64,000 nucleotides of DNA from Prochlorococcus sp. AG-459-B06 (GTDB taxonomy: Bacteria; Cyanobacteriota; Cyanobacteriia; PCC-6307; Cyanobiaceae): positions 6,115-70,114 of the forward strand of contig QCQY01000004.1 in assembly GCA_003209475.1 (NCBI GenBank), given 5' to 3'. This document shows positions 12,596-23,810 of this stretch, one piece after another (the first letter of the stretch is position 1; each line of letters starts with the position of its first letter). The notes beneath the pieces are model-generated. The model did not search any database. It saw nothing but the letters and a program-made list of their open reading frames with translations, and was not told the DNA's origin. A program made the translations under genes and the position numbers.

Positions 12596-14662
12596 ATGGT
12601 GGATACCAATAATCGAGAAATTAGAAAATATAACATCACTGATAATGAAGATATGAATATTAACTATTGGATCAATGGAATTCTCGCTTGGTGGAGTAGG
12701 TTCAGTTTAAGAACGAAGTTATTAGCCATAGCAACTCTTGTCGTTAGCCTCCTAATGACAGGAATAACTTTTTTTGCATTGAATAGTATTCAAAGAGATG
12801 CGGGTATGAATGATACTAGATATGCTAGAGATCTTGGCTTATTGTTATCTGGGAATGTTACAGAATTAGTCGCTAATAACCAAAAAAAAGAGATTTCAAA
12901 TGTAGCTGAAAAGTTTTGGAGATCAAGTCGAAACCTGCGTTATATATTCTTTACTGATGCTGAAGATATTGTTCAACTTGGGATACCGATCAGTGCGACA
13001 CCAACAAGCTCAGACAGTCAGTTTCAGCTCACTCGAAAATTAAAACTACCTTCAGAATTGAAGAAGAGACCTCAATTCCCTCTGGTTAGGCAGCATGCGA
13101 CACCTCAAGGTCAAGTAACCGATGTTTTTGTTCCAATGTTGTGGAAAGGTAAATATCTTGGAACTTTAGCTTTGGGAGTCACCCCTAATAAAAAAGCACT
13201 GGCCAGTGCTGCCTTAACTAGAGAAGTAACCATTGCAGTTTTTATCTCAATTTGGGTTTTGGTAATACTTGGAGCTGTATTTAATGCACTGACAATTACA
13301 AGACCAGTTAGAGAATTAGTAAGAGGGGTTAGAGAAATTTCAAAAGGAAATTTTAAATCCAGAATTTCTTTACCCATGACAGGTGATCTAGGAGAACTCT
13401 TAAATGGATTTAACCGAATGGCAACACAGTTAGAAAATTATGATGAAGCTAATATAGAAGAACTAAAAGCGGCACAAATCAAGCAGCAATCATTAATAGC
13501 TACAATGGCTGATGGGGCAATATTATTGGACTCACAAGGCAAGATTGTACTTACTAATCCAACAGCAAAGAGATTATTTCGTTGGGAAGGAAGATTTCTA
13601 GAAGGTAAACATTTTTTAAATGAAATCCCCGAAATTTTATCCAACGACTTACATACGAATATAGAATCTATTTTAAATAGGAAAAAGGAGAAAGACGATT
13701 TAAGATTCAGTTTAGGAGAACCATCAAGAACCCTAAGAATTGTCTTACAATCAGTCTTAGATACAAATAAAGTTGAATTAAAAGGAATTGCTGTGACAAT
13801 CCAAGATTTAACTAGAGAAGTTGAACTGAACGCGGCACAAAATAGATTCATAAGCAATGTATCGCATGAATTAAGGACACCACTTTTTAATATCAAAAGT
13901 TATGTAGAGACCTTACATGATTTAAAAGATCAGCTTTCTGATGAAGAACAAATAGAATTTTTGGGAATTGCAAATTCAGAAACTGATAGGTTAACAAGAC
14001 TTGTAAATGATGTATTAGATCTATCTAGATTGGAGTCTGGGAAAATTGTTCAGCTAGAGCAAATGGACATTAAACCAGCAATAGAACAGACTCTTAGAAA
14101 CTATAGACTGAATGCTTTAGAAAAAAATGTTTCATTAGCTCATGATATAGAGGAAACTATTCCCCCAATTCTTGGAAATTTTGATTTACTTTTGCAGGTT
14201 TTTGATAATTTACTAGGAAATGGATTGAAATTTAGTCCCAAAAACAGTGCCCTAACTATAAGAGCTTATACTTGGCCAGATTCCTGTCCTGCTTTACCTC
14301 CAAGTATTAAAAATTATGCAGCCCCTCAATGTGAATTAGTTTCACCACTTCCAAAGGTAAGAATTGAGATTGCTGATACTGGCTCAGGGATATCTCAGGC
14401 TGATCAAGAAAAGATATTTGACCGTTTTTATAGAGTAGAGAATTCTGTTCATACTGAGCAAGGAACCGGTTTAGGTTTATCTATAGTGCGTGGAATTATT
14501 GAAAAACACGGTGGGGAGATTCGTATGGCTAGTGAATTAGGAGTAGGAACAACGTTTTGGTTTGATTTAGCCTTGGCACAATCTGATAAAGATGAATTAT
14601 TGACAAAAGCTATTAATAATTCAGATTCTTTTCTAGATTCTGAAATTAAAGAAATTATCTAA
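12596..14662 (+). CDS. nblS: sensor histidine kinase NblS/Hik33 (TM-HAMP-PAS-HisKA-HATPase)
   Basis: MNDTRYARDLGLLL, SHELRTPLFNI, GTGLGLSIV; purD-nblS-kaiC synteny. Confidence 0.92.
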   Translation: MVDTNNREIRKYNITDNEDMNINYWINGILAWWSRFSLRTKLLAIATLVVSLLMTGITFFALNSIQRDAGMNDTRYARDLGLLLSGNVTELVANNQKKEISNVAEKFWRSSRNLRYIFFTDAEDIVQLGIPISATPTSSDSQFQLTRKLKLPSELKKRPQFPLVRQHATPQGQVTDVFVPMLWKGKYLGTLALGVTPNKKALASAALTREVTIAVFISIWVLVILGAVFNALTITRPVRELVRGVREISKGNFKSRISLPMTGDLGELLNGFNRMATQLENYDEANIEELKAAQIKQQSLIATMADGAILLDSQGKIVLTNPTAKRLFRWEGRFLEGKHFLNEIPEILSNDLHTNIESILNRKKEKDDLRFSLGEPSRTLRIVLQSVLDTNKVELKGIAVTIQDLTREVELNAAQNRFISNVSHELRTPLFNIKSYVETLHDLKDQLSDEEQIEFLGIANSETDRLTRLVNDVLDLSRLESGKIVQLEQMDIKPAIEQTLRNYRLNALEKNVSLAHDIEETIPPILGNFDLLLQVFDNLLGNGLKFSPKNSALTIRAYTWPDSCPALPPSIKNYAAPQCELVSPLPKVRIEIADTGSGISQADQEKIFDRFYRVENSVHTEQGTGLGLSIVRGIIEKHGGEIRMASELGVGTTFWFDLALAQSDKDELLTKAINNSDSFLDSEIKEII

Positions 14663-16188
14663 TTATTATCTATTCCTCTAAAAACATTTTGAACATTTTG
14701 ATCAGGAGTAACTCTGTGAGGGGCACCACTAAATATTTGTTCAAAATTAGAAAAAGAATCCCTTATTTCTGGGCCACTATTTGTAATGATAAATTCTCTT
14801 ATTCGTTTATCATGCCATGATCCCCGCATTTTAAAAACATTTAAAGCTCGTGCCATCTCACCTTTTATTTCTACATATTGAAGCAACAATATGGTGTCTG
14901 TAATAGTTGAGATATGAGAATCAGTTATAGAATGACTCCCCATAAATTCTTCCGCAGTATTAGTAAAAAAGCCTGCTATTTCCTCTTGTTTTGTATAACC
15001 GGTAACAGCAATTACAAACTGTCTAAATGCATTCAAACTTACACCTCTAGCTAATGCAGAGAGAGAATCAATTGCCATTCTTTTTGGTTTGAATTGATTA
15101 ATTTGCGTTTTTATAATTTGTAAGTGATCCTCTAAACCAGTTGATTCAGGATATGCACAAATAATTTTTAATAATCCATCACTTTCCATTTTTTCAAAAT
15201 CTATACCCCAGCTAGTAGCATTCCTAAGCAATTGAGCCCTAGATTCTTCATATGCAAAAAGTATTGCTCTTTCATTATTGTTATAAGCATCTTCAACAAA
15301 TTTCGATACAAGCATTGTTTTGCCCGTACCAGTTGCTCCAGTAGCGAGAATAATGGAATCTTGAAAATATCCTCCACCACACATATCATCAAGATCTTTA
15401 ACTCCAGAGCTAATCCTAATATTTGAGGATCTCTGCGTTAATCTCATTGCTCCTAAGGCAAACACACTGATTCCATCCATTCCCATAGTGAATGGATATT
15501 CACCTTTCATATGTACAGTACCTCTTAACTTCAGAACTTCTAGAGTTCTTCTTCTCTTCTCTGACTCAAGAACATTTCTTAATAAGACAACATTATCAGA
15601 TACAAATTCTTCTACACCATATCTAGCAATTGGTCCGTAATCATCCACCCTTTCTGTTGTCATAACTGTTGTCACACCTATTTCTTTTAATCTTGCTATC
15701 AATCTAAATATTTCCCTTCTAACAACGTAAATAGCATCATATTGTTGAAAGACAGCAGTTATTGAATCTATTGCAACTCTTTTAGCTTTATATTTTCTAA
15801 TTGCATAACTAATTCTTTCTATAAGACCAGACAAGTCAAAGTTACCAGCCACATCCTGACCATCAGGATCAGGAGATGCATCCAAAATAAAAAGTTTATT
15901 TTGATCAATTAATTCTTGTAAATCCCAACCAAAACTTGCGGCATTTCTAATAATATCTAAAGGTGATTCCTCAAATGTTACAAAGATTCCAGGCTCATCA
16001 AAATTACAAATTCCATGGTGTAAATATTGCAGAGAAAAAACAGTTTTACCAGTTCCTGAGGTACCACTAACGAGTGTACTTCGAGAAACAGGCAACCCAC
16101 CTCTACAAACATCATCAAAACCTTCTATACCAGTTGGTAATTTTTGTACTTGCATTTTATTTGATTTGCCAAATTTCTTATCATTCAT
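14659..16188 (-). CDS. kaiC: circadian clock protein KaiC
   Basis: Two RecA-like domains (GTSGTGKT, GATGTGKT), phosphosite region DSHISTITD. Confidence 0.98.
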   Translation of the reverse strand: MNDKKFGKSNKMQVQKLPTGIEGFDDVCRGGLPVSRSTLVSGTSGTGKTVFSLQYLHHGICNFDEPGIFVTFEESPLDIIRNAASFGWDLQELIDQNKLFILDASPDPDGQDVAGNFDLSGLIERISYAIRKYKAKRVAIDSITAVFQQYDAIYVVRREIFRLIARLKEIGVTTVMTTERVDDYGPIARYGVEEFVSDNVVLLRNVLESEKRRRTLEVLKLRGTVHMKGEYPFTMGMDGISVFALGAMRLTQRSSNIRISSGVKDLDDMCGGGYFQDSIILATGATGTGKTMLVSKFVEDAYNNNERAILFAYEESRAQLLRNATSWGIDFEKMESDGLLKIICAYPESTGLEDHLQIIKTQINQFKPKRMAIDSLSALARGVSLNAFRQFVIAVTGYTKQEEIAGFFTNTAEEFMGSHSITDSHISTITDTILLLQYVEIKGEMARALNVFKMRGSWHDKRIREFIITNSGPEIRDSFSNFEQIFSGAPHRVTPDQNVQNVFRGIDNN

Positions 16189-16251
16189 AGTTTTGTGCTA
16201 ATTAAACAAAATAAAATAAATTTATTTTTAATTTTAAAAGTTTTATATATG

Positions 16252-16569
16252 TTATTTATCTCCACTATATTCAGTTTCAGTTAATTCATCAAAAAGTAGA
16301 TCTAAACCAATTAAAACTTTCTCTCTATCTGAAAGATCACCTATTATTTTTCTAACTGGTGGCGGTAAAATTTTAGCTAACGTTGGAGTGGCTAAAATTT
16401 TATCTTCTTCTGCAAGTTGTGGTTGCTTAAGTACATCTATAACCTTCAAAGCATAAACTCCTTTGAATTCATTATCTAAAATTTCTCTTAAGGTATTTAA
16501 AGCTCTCATCGAATTAGGAGTATTTCCAGCAACATAGAGTTTTAAAATATATGTTTTCCTTGCTGCCAT
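16252..16569 (-). CDS. kaiB: circadian clock protein KaiB
   Basis: [14 protein letters not shown]...[15 protein letters not shown]. Confidence 0.98.
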   Translation of the reverse strand: MAARKTYILKLYVAGNTPNSMRALNTLREILDNEFKGVYALKVIDVLKQPQLAEEDKILATPTLAKILPPPVRKIIGDLSDREKVLIGLDLLFDELTETEYSGDK

Positions 16570-16712
16570 CGTTGTAGTTCCTGAATTGATATAAAAGATT
16601 TAAAACAACCCTTGACTTATTACACTACAAAATAAGAAAATAGACAAACTAATATGGTTGCTTATTGGGCTTAATCAAATTATTAATTTGAGCCTAGTAG
16701 CGTCTTTAAGAT

Positions 16713-17153
16713 ATGACAAATTCTAAAAACTCTTCAAACAACTCTGCCGAAAGTAATGAATTGTATGCAATAGCAGAAACTTCAGGTCAACAATTTTGGT
16801 TCGAAGTTGATAGATACTATGACATAGACAGGTTAAATGCAAAAGAGAAAGATAAGATAACACTTGAAAAAGTTCTACTCTTAAAAGACAAAGATTCAAT
16901 TAATATTGGAAAACCTTACGTTAAGGATGCAAAAATTGAATTAGAAGTAGTCTCCCATAAAAGAGATAAGAAGATTCTTGTATACAAAATGCGTCCAAAA
17001 AAAAAGACAAGAAGAAAAATGGGACATAGACAAGAACTTACAAGAGTTATGGTAAGATCTATATCAATGGGTAAAGACGCTCCTAAGGCTGCTTCTAAAA
17101 AGGAAACCGTTAAAAAGGAAACTAAACCAAAATCCGAAAAATCAACAAACTAA
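16713..17153 (+). CDS. rplU: 50S ribosomal protein L21
   Basis: YAIAETSGQQ, KMRPKK.TRRK.GHRQ; Lys-rich tail. Confidence 0.95.
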   Translation: MTNSKNSSNNSAESNELYAIAETSGQQFWFEVDRYYDIDRLNAKEKDKITLEKVLLLKDKDSINIGKPYVKDAKIELEVVSHKRDKKILVYKMRPKKKTRRKMGHRQELTRVMVRSISMGKDAPKAASKKETVKKETKPKSEKSTN

Positions 17154-17162
17154 ACACTTCTA

Positions 17163-17423
17163 ATGGCACATAAAAAAGGAACTGGTTCTACTAGAAACGG
17201 AAGAGATTCAAATTCCAAAAGATTAGGTGTGAAAGCTTATGGAGGAGAAAAAGTAACTGCTGGATCAATTTTAATTCGCCAAAGAGGTACATCTTTCTTA
17301 CCAGGCATCAATGTAGGGAAAGGTAAAGATGATACCCTTTTTGCACTGAAAGAAGGAACCGTAAGTTTCGAAAGCATTAAAAGAAATTTAAGAAATAGAA
17401 AAAGGGTTAATATAGTTATCTGA
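17163..17423 (+). CDS. rpmA: 50S ribosomal protein L27
   Basis: [16 protein letters not shown]. Confidence 0.98.
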   Translation: MAHKKGTGSTRNGRDSNSKRLGVKAYGGEKVTAGSILIRQRGTSFLPGINVGKGKDDTLFALKEGTVSFESIKRNLRNRKRVNIVI

Positions 17424-18156
17424 TTTTCTTATAAGCTCTTGTAGTTATAAGAATAGGATGAAATACTTCTAAAAATTTATATTGAAGAGTATCAAAAAAT
17501 TTTTCAATAATTTGACTATCGTCAATATGAAAGGGATATTCATTATTATCTCCTTTGTAGAAATACCAATTTAATAGAGCAATAGAATTACTATCCATAA
17601 TCTCACTGAAATTGTTAATTTGAGAAGCTGGATCTGCAAGATGTTCCAAAACATCAAGACAAACTATCGTATCAAATTTCAATATTTGTGTATCTTGAAT
17701 AGTCTTACAAAAAGTAAGTTTTTTTTCGACTCCTAATTTCTTAGCCCTGTATTCAACAAAATTTCTATTTGTTTGGTTAATATCTACAAAAAAAACATGC
17801 TTAACTTTTGAAGACATAGCGTTAGCTAAGGCATGCGTACCAATTCCTCCTCCAAAATCCAAAACCAAATCTTTAGAAAATCTCTGCTGAAGTTTTAAAG
17901 TATCGGCGATGTAGTCCTTACTTGTGATATGCCAAGCAGCCAAATCAGCTACATGCCTATCTCCTACAATCTGAGTATAAAAATCTGAAACATCATTCAA
18001 AGCATCTCCAGGATGTGAATTTGCTAAATTCATCTTTGCATTTGAAAGGAATCCATCTAAATCACATTCTCTAATAGATAAGTATTCCATTAAATGTGAT
18101 TTCAAATTAAAAGCATTTTCTAAAAACTCTTTTAAGATTAAATTATTGTTTTTCAA
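17416..18156 (-). CDS. class I SAM-dependent methyltransferase
   Basis: [22 protein letters not shown]. Confidence 0.85.
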   Translation of the reverse strand: MKNNNLILKEFLENAFNLKSHLMEYLSIRECDLDGFLSNAKMNLANSHPGDALNDVSDFYTQIVGDRHVADLAAWHITSKDYIADTLKLQQRFSKDLVLDFGGGIGTHALANAMSSKVKHVFFVDINQTNRNFVEYRAKKLGVEKKLTFCKTIQDTQILKFDTIVCLDVLEHLADPASQINNFSEIMDSNSIALLNWYFYKGDNNEYPFHIDDSQIIEKFFDTLQYKFLEVFHPILITTRAYKKIR

Positions 18157-18232
18157 TTTCTTTCTCTAAATTTCCAATATCAAAATCATAGGATGGTTAT
18201 AAATCTTTCTCAAAGTATTCTTAATATTAAAA

Positions 18233-19150
18233 ATGGAAACTAAAGATGGATTCTTATTAATTAATAAAGATAAAGGATGTACTTCACATGATTGTGTTAA
18301 ACAAATAAGGAAGTTACTTAATACGAAAAAGGTCGGTCACACAGGAACTCTTGACCCAGAAGTTATAGGAATATTACCAATCGCGATAGGCAGTGCAACA
18401 AGATTTATTCAATATCTCCCTCAGGGTAAAACTTACATAGGACAAATTAAATTAGGGATAAGAACTAACACTGATGATATTCACGGAGAAATAATTAATC
18501 AAAAAAGTTGGCCTAAAATCAGTGATGAAAAATTAGATCAATACTTAAATAGATTTAGAGGAATTATTAAACAAATTCCGCCGAAAGTATCTAGTGTGCA
18601 CGTTAATGGTGAGAGAGCTTATAAGAAATCTTTTAGGAATGAAGTTTTTGAATTAGCACCAAGAGAAGTAAAAATAGACGAACTTACTTTAATGAAATGG
18701 GACCAAATAAACGGAATCATAGAAATAAAAATCAAATGTTCAGCTGGCACATACATAAGAGCAATTGCAAGAGATTTAGGAGAAATTCTTAATACCGAGG
18801 GTTGCCTTCTACAACTAAAAAGAATTTCAGCTTGTGGCTTTGATGAACAAAACTCGATAAAAATATCTGATATCGAAAAAGATAAAAAAAACTCGAAAAA
18901 TTTCATTATTCCAACAATTTCTGCTCTTAATCACATTTCATCATTTGTCTTAAGTACCGAAGAACAAATCTATTTTTGGCAAACAGGAAGAGCAATTAGA
19001 GTTGATAATAATTACTTCCAGGAAAACAAATCTTTTGACTACAAAAAACCCATAAAAGTAATAAATAAAAAACAAATACTACTTGGGATAGGTTTCTTAA
19101 ATGAAGAGCAATCTAATATAAATCCAAAATTAGTCCTTAATGCTAAATAA
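18233..19150 (+). CDS. truB: tRNA pseudouridine(55) synthase
   Basis: [18 protein letters not shown]. Confidence 0.96.
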   Translation: METKDGFLLINKDKGCTSHDCVKQIRKLLNTKKVGHTGTLDPEVIGILPIAIGSATRFIQYLPQGKTYIGQIKLGIRTNTDDIHGEIINQKSWPKISDEKLDQYLNRFRGIIKQIPPKVSSVHVNGERAYKKSFRNEVFELAPREVKIDELTLMKWDQINGIIEIKIKCSAGTYIRAIARDLGEILNTEGCLLQLKRISACGFDEQNSIKISDIEKDKKNSKNFIIPTISALNHISSFVLSTEEQIYFWQTGRAIRVDNNYFQENKSFDYKKPIKVINKKQILLGIGFLNEEQSNINPKLVLNAK

Positions 19151-19153
19151 CTT

Positions 19154-20344
19154 CTATAGGAAATCTTTTCTAAAAGGTTTAATCTGCACACCCTTATAAA
19201 AATGCTTTAATATTCTTTCAGCTTTTTGGCCTCTAGACGCCAGATATTTAGCCCCCCACTGACTCATTCCGACTCCATGACCTGATCCTTGTCCAAAAAC
19301 TATCAACCCTTTCTTTTCAGGAGTATTGTTGTTTAATTCTTCCTCAAAAAATTTAAATCTGATAAAATTACTATTCAGGTCTAGTCTTTTTCTAAAATCT
19401 ACCCCAGATATTTTATCAGAACCATAAGCCCCAATAAGTTTTAAATTTTTTACCCTCCCTGTACTAGTAATATCTAGAATCTCTATATTTTTTAAACCTC
19501 CAATCTTTGGAAATAAATTTATTAATTCATTACTCGAAATTTTTTTTTGCCATCTAAATTTTGGATTATTTTTATCAAAATCTTTCACACTTGATAAATA
19601 TGGATATTTATTCTTCCATACATCTTGACTATTTTCTGTCATTCCACCTGAGCTGCTATGAAACAAAGCATTAATTAATTTATTTTTATACGTTAAAACC
19701 AAAGATCTTGTACTTTTAACGGCTCTGATAGTTTTATAAGTTCTTGATTCCAAGCCATTATAGACTTGATTTTTCTGGGTTGAATCTATATCAAATAAAT
19801 TATTTCCCTTTTGCTTTAAAGCATAAGTTCTTGAGGCAATTGCTTGTGCCTTTAATGCTTCAATAGGCCATTTTGTTGGCATTTCTGAACCCACTACGCT
19901 ATTAAGGTATTTTTCTATTCCTAAAACATTTACTACCAATATTTCGGAGTCGAGTACAAAGAGATTAAGCTTACCAGCAAATCTCTTCTGACCTACCCAA
20001 ATACCTCTTCCATCGGAAGAACTCACTTGAAATTTTTGATTACTTTTTAAGTCATATTTTTTTTGTTTATTCTTATCAAAATATAAAAATTTTCTATTTT
20101 TCTCATTTTTCAAAGTTAGACCTTTTATTCTTTTGCGTGAAAAAAATTTACCCTCTATTGTTAAAGGAATTGATCTATCTGATCTGATCCTTAAATTGTT
20201 ATTTTTTGATATCAAAACTCTAATGATTGGTTCTCTAGATGCAAAAACACTTTCACTCTGAAAAACACAAATAAATAAAATACTTATCAGGCAACATTTT
20301 CTATAGTTATTTTTAAATTTAAGTATCACTTTGTTTAAAAACAA
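19154..20344 (-). CDS. SpoIID/LytB domain protein
   Basis: EALKAQAIASRTY, GHGVGMSQWGA. Confidence 0.92.
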   Translation of the reverse strand: MFLNKVILKFKNNYRKCCLISILFICVFQSESVFASREPIIRVLISKNNNLRIRSDRSIPLTIEGKFFSRKRIKGLTLKNEKNRKFLYFDKNKQKKYDLKSNQKFQVSSSDGRGIWVGQKRFAGKLNLFVLDSEILVVNVLGIEKYLNSVVGSEMPTKWPIEALKAQAIASRTYALKQKGNNLFDIDSTQKNQVYNGLESRTYKTIRAVKSTRSLVLTYKNKLINALFHSSSGGMTENSQDVWKNKYPYLSSVKDFDKNNPKFRWQKKISSNELINLFPKIGGLKNIEILDITSTGRVKNLKLIGAYGSDKISGVDFRKRLDLNSNFIRFKFFEEELNNNTPEKKGLIVFGQGSGHGVGMSQWGAKYLASRGQKAERILKHFYKGVQIKPFRKDFL

Positions 20345-20417
20345 ATGCTTAATTTGCCTAAGTTTGACTAAAAGTCTAAATTTAATCCAGATATAACAAT
20401 AAAAATATCATAAATAA

Positions 20418-21356
20418 GTGAATATCACCTTCTTAGGAACAAGCTCAGGTGTCCCATCCTTAACGAGAAATGTTTCTTCCCTAGCACTTAAATTATCACA
20501 GTCATCAGAAGTTTGGCTTTTTGATTGCGGAGAAGGAACGCAACATCAAATAATGAAAAGCAATATTAAATCTTCACAAATCAAGAAAATATTTATTACT
20601 CATATGCATGGTGATCATATTTATGGTTTGCCTGGACTTTTAGCTACCCTAGGTTTATCAGGAAATAGCGAGGGTATTCAAATTTACGGTCCTTCAGGGT
20701 TGCGAAGTTTTATAAATTCAGCACTTAAAAGTAGTTTTTGCAAATTGTCTTTCCCATTAAATTTTGTGGAAGTTGAAAATTTTGCATCAGAAAATAAAAT
20801 CCTATTTGAAAACAACAAAATAAAAGTAAATTGTGCCTGCCTTAAACATAAAATACCTGCTTATGGTTATAGGGTGAGTGAAAAAGATAAACCAGGTGTA
20901 TTTGATATCAAAAAAGCAGAGTCTCTAAAAATAGCACCTGGACCAATTTATTCAGAACTGCAACAAGGTAAAAAAGTCGTATTAGCGGATGGTAGGACAT
21001 TCGATGGGAAAGAATTCTGTGGACCTCCTAGAAAAGGTGAAAGTTTTGTTTATTGCACAGATACAGTGTTTAGCGAATCAGCTGTTTCACTATCAAAAAA
21101 TGCCGATTTACTAGTACATGAATCGACTTTTTCAGAGGAGGATGAACGCATGGCCTACGAAAAATTACATTCCACAACAATTATGGCTGCCAAAACAGCA
21201 TTATTATCTAACACAAAAAAATTAATTATTACTCATTTAAGTCCAAGATACACCAATAAAAATGCAATCACGCCAAGCGATTTGCTTAAAGAGGCTCAAA
21301 AAGTCTTTCCGAATACTGAACTTGCAAAAGATTTTCTAACGGCAGAAATAAAATAA
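20418..21356 (+). CDS. rnz: ribonuclease Z
   Basis: FLGTSSGVP, DCGEGTQ, THMHGDH, HLSPRY. Confidence 0.96.
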   Translation: MNITFLGTSSGVPSLTRNVSSLALKLSQSSEVWLFDCGEGTQHQIMKSNIKSSQIKKIFITHMHGDHIYGLPGLLATLGLSGNSEGIQIYGPSGLRSFINSALKSSFCKLSFPLNFVEVENFASENKILFENNKIKVNCACLKHKIPAYGYRVSEKDKPGVFDIKKAESLKIAPGPIYSELQQGKKVVLADGRTFDGKEFCGPPRKGESFVYCTDTVFSESAVSLSKNADLLVHESTFSEEDERMAYEKLHSTTIMAAKTALLSNTKKLIITHLSPRYTNKNAITPSDLLKEAQKVFPNTELAKDFLTAEIK

Positions 21357-21451
21357 ACTGCAACAGTTCGTGAGAAGAAGGGTCGCAAATGACCAACCCA
21401 TGGAATAATAGTCATAGGTTTTCTATATTGATGTTGATCGAAATGGTTTCT

Positions 21452-21991
21452 ATGTTTTCATCACTACATAAGTCTTTAAAAAGACTATTTATTTTTCTTC
21501 CGTTAATTATTGGTTTACTTATTAATCCAATCTCTTCAAATGCGCTTTATCCTAGTGATCCTTCATCAGTTGACGTACTAAAAGATGATCTTCACGGTGC
21601 CGACTTGCATAATACTGAATATGTTAAATATGATTTATCTAATCAAGATTTAGGAGAAGCTAATCTTCAAGGCGCATATATGAGTGTAACAACTGCAAAA
21701 AACTCTAGTTTTAAAGGAGCCAATATGAAGGACCTTATTGCATATGCAACACGCTTTGATAATGCTGATTTTACAGATGCGAATCTTACTAATGGTGAGC
21801 TAATGAAAAGTGTTTTTGATGGTGCAATTATTGATGGAGCAGACTTTACTGACGCAAACCTTGATTTAAAGACAAGAAAATCACTTTGCGAGAGAGCAAC
21901 AGGTACTAATTCACAGACAGGAGTAAATACAGCCGATAGCCTAGAATGTTCTGGCCTAAAAGGTTACACACCTCCTAAACCAAAAGCCTAG
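21452..21991 (+). CDS. pentapeptide repeat protein with signal peptide
   Basis: A(D/N)(L/F)xx repeats, C-terminal LC...TGVNT..SL.C; ATG at 21452 preferred over 21389. Confidence 0.85.
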   Translation: MFSSLHKSLKRLFIFLPLIIGLLINPISSNALYPSDPSSVDVLKDDLHGADLHNTEYVKYDLSNQDLGEANLQGAYMSVTTAKNSSFKGANMKDLIAYATRFDNADFTDANLTNGELMKSVFDGAIIDGADFTDANLDLKTRKSLCERATGTNSQTGVNTADSLECSGLKGYTPPKPKA

Positions 21992-21999
21992 TATTAAAC

Positions 22000-22368
22000 C
22001 TAATTAACTTCAGATGGGTAGATATTGCCAGGCTCCTTTGAGTCTGGCTTTTTGCTGTACCACCATTCTTGTGTATCAGAAGAAAATTTCTTTGAAAAAA
22101 GAGTTATAACTGTCTCAACAGGTTTTGATCCAGGCTCCAAAATCTCTACTGAGTAAGATGGGCATTTTCTTGAAGCCATATCTGCAACGAACCTAGACCC
22201 TATTCTTCTCCAACTAGGCTCCTTACTTCTCCAAGCAAGCCTTGAACAGGGCCAGGGTAACTCTTCCCTATCATAAAGTCTGCAACATGGTCCAATTATC
22301 TTATAACTGTACTGACCTCCATAACTTGATTGAACACTGCCAGTCTTGAAAAATTCAAATTTATCCAT
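22000..22368 (-). CDS. conserved hypothetical protein
   Basis: Intact Trp/Cys-rich ORF (LPWPCSRL.WR.KEPSW) next to petF. Confidence 0.75.
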   Translation of the reverse strand: MDKFEFFKTGSVQSSYGGQYSYKIIGPCCRLYDREELPWPCSRLAWRSKEPSWRRIGSRFVADMASRKCPSYSVEILEPGSKPVETVITLFSKKFSSDTQEWWYSKKPDSKEPGNIYPSEVN

Positions 22369-22371
22369 TTA

Positions 22372-22401
22372 CAAAAAAAAGCCACCTTTATAGATGGTGG
22401 C
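22372..22401 (-). terminator. intrinsic terminator downstream of petF
   Basis: GCCACC/GGTGGC inverted repeat with an A8 tract on its left (U-tract on - strand). Confidence 0.85.
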
Positions 22402-22446
22402 AGAGAAAAAATCAATAATCAACTTAGAAAAGTTAAATTTTTATAA

Positions 22447-22746
22447 TTAGTACAATTCTTCCTCAGCATGAGTTGTAATTGTTACGTCAGATGTTGGATA
22501 AGCAACACAAGTAAGTACAAAACCAGCTTCTAATTGGTCATCATCCAAGAAACTTTGATCTGATTGATCAACACTACCTGAAGTAACTTTTCCAGCACAT
22601 GTTGAACATGCTCCAGCTCTACAGGAATAAGGGAGGTCGATACCTTGTTCTTCAGCCGCATCGAGGATGTATTGATCATCAGGTACTTCAATAGTTGAAT
22701 TGATGCCTTCACCTTCGCTGATGAGAGTAACTTTGTAAGAAGCCAT
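22447..22746 (-). CDS. petF: 2Fe-2S ferredoxin
   Basis: [13 protein letters not shown]...LTCVAYP. Confidence 0.97.
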   Translation of the reverse strand: MASYKVTLISEGEGINSTIEVPDDQYILDAAEEQGIDLPYSCRAGACSTCAGKVTSGSVDQSDQSFLDDDQLEAGFVLTCVAYPTSDVTITTHAEEELY

Positions 22747-22874
22747 TTAAATAAAAAATTGTTGGTAATTAATACCTATCAAATACATTTTTAACATCGA
22801 TTTGGTCGATATGTGAGATTTTGAAGTAAAAAATGACACAATAAAATGTATGAAAGAGTATCCATAAGAAAAAC

Positions 22875-23792
22875 TTATGCTTGGGTTGGATTGCTGGCTT
22901 TTTGCGCAGAAATGCATGCCCAATCTTTTCTAGTTGATACATCAAGTAATTTCAAGTCATTTTGGATTAATATTTTAATAATTTCATCCTTTTGTGAATT
23001 CAGAATCCCACTGAAAATGACTTCCCCATTGTTTCTCAAGCACTTATAGATATTTGGAATCATTCCTTTTATTACTTCAGCAAGGATATTGCATAAAACA
23101 AAATCAAATTGTTCGAGTTGATTTTTTAAAATTACCTCATTAAAAGATCCCAAATATGTATTTAATTTGTTTAAATTACCAAAATTTAGTTGGAAATTAG
23201 ATTTTGTTGAATTTATAGCTAAATAATCATTATCCACTGCACAAACCTCTTTAGCGCCAAGCAATCTTGCGGCGACACTCAAAATTCCGCTACCGCTCCC
23301 AATATCTAATATCTTTTTATCAGAAAATAAAATATTCTCCATTTTTTCCAAGCAAAGATAAGTTGAAGGATGACTTCCTGTACCAAAAGCTGCTCCAGGA
23401 TCAATTTTTATGATTTGTTTATCTTTAAATTTTTTATTTAGATTTATCCAACAAGGCAATATTAAAAAATGATTTCCTACTAATTCAGGAGCCCAATATT
23501 TCTTCCAACTTGTTAACCAATCCTCCTCTTTGATAATACTCCAGTCAAAAAATTTATTCTTAGGGGGATTAATGTTTAGAAGTTTGCTAATTATTTTTTC
23601 AAAACCACTTCTAGAACTCTCATCCCAATCATCAATTGGAAGCCAAATATTAACTTCTTTTTTATTTTCATTGTTAATTAAATATTCAAATGAAAAACTA
23701 AATATTCCCAGCTCATTTAATTTCCAAATAATAATTTCTTCAGAATCACTTTCTATCAGAAAAGTTAGTTTATACCAATCTTTAATTTCCAT
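22875..23792 (-). CDS. prmA: ribosomal protein L11 methyltransferase
   Basis: [26 protein letters not shown]. Confidence 0.94.
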   Translation of the reverse strand: MEIKDWYKLTFLIESDSEEIIIWKLNELGIFSFSFEYLINNENKKEVNIWLPIDDWDESSRSGFEKIISKLLNINPPKNKFFDWSIIKEEDWLTSWKKYWAPELVGNHFLILPCWINLNKKFKDKQIIKIDPGAAFGTGSHPSTYLCLEKMENILFSDKKILDIGSGSGILSVAARLLGAKEVCAVDNDYLAINSTKSNFQLNFGNLNKLNTYLGSFNEVILKNQLEQFDFVLCNILAEVIKGMIPNIYKCLRNNGEVIFSGILNSQKDEIIKILIQNDLKLLDVSTRKDWACISAQKASNPTQA

Positions 23793-23810
23793 TAATTAGG
23801 TCAAGCCACT

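Noticed and set aside
21357-21451. 5' extension of the pentapeptide ORF and a small GGTC/GACC hairpin
   Set aside because: The extension precedes a signal peptide and is probably leader sequence; a 4-bp stem is too weak to call an RNA element
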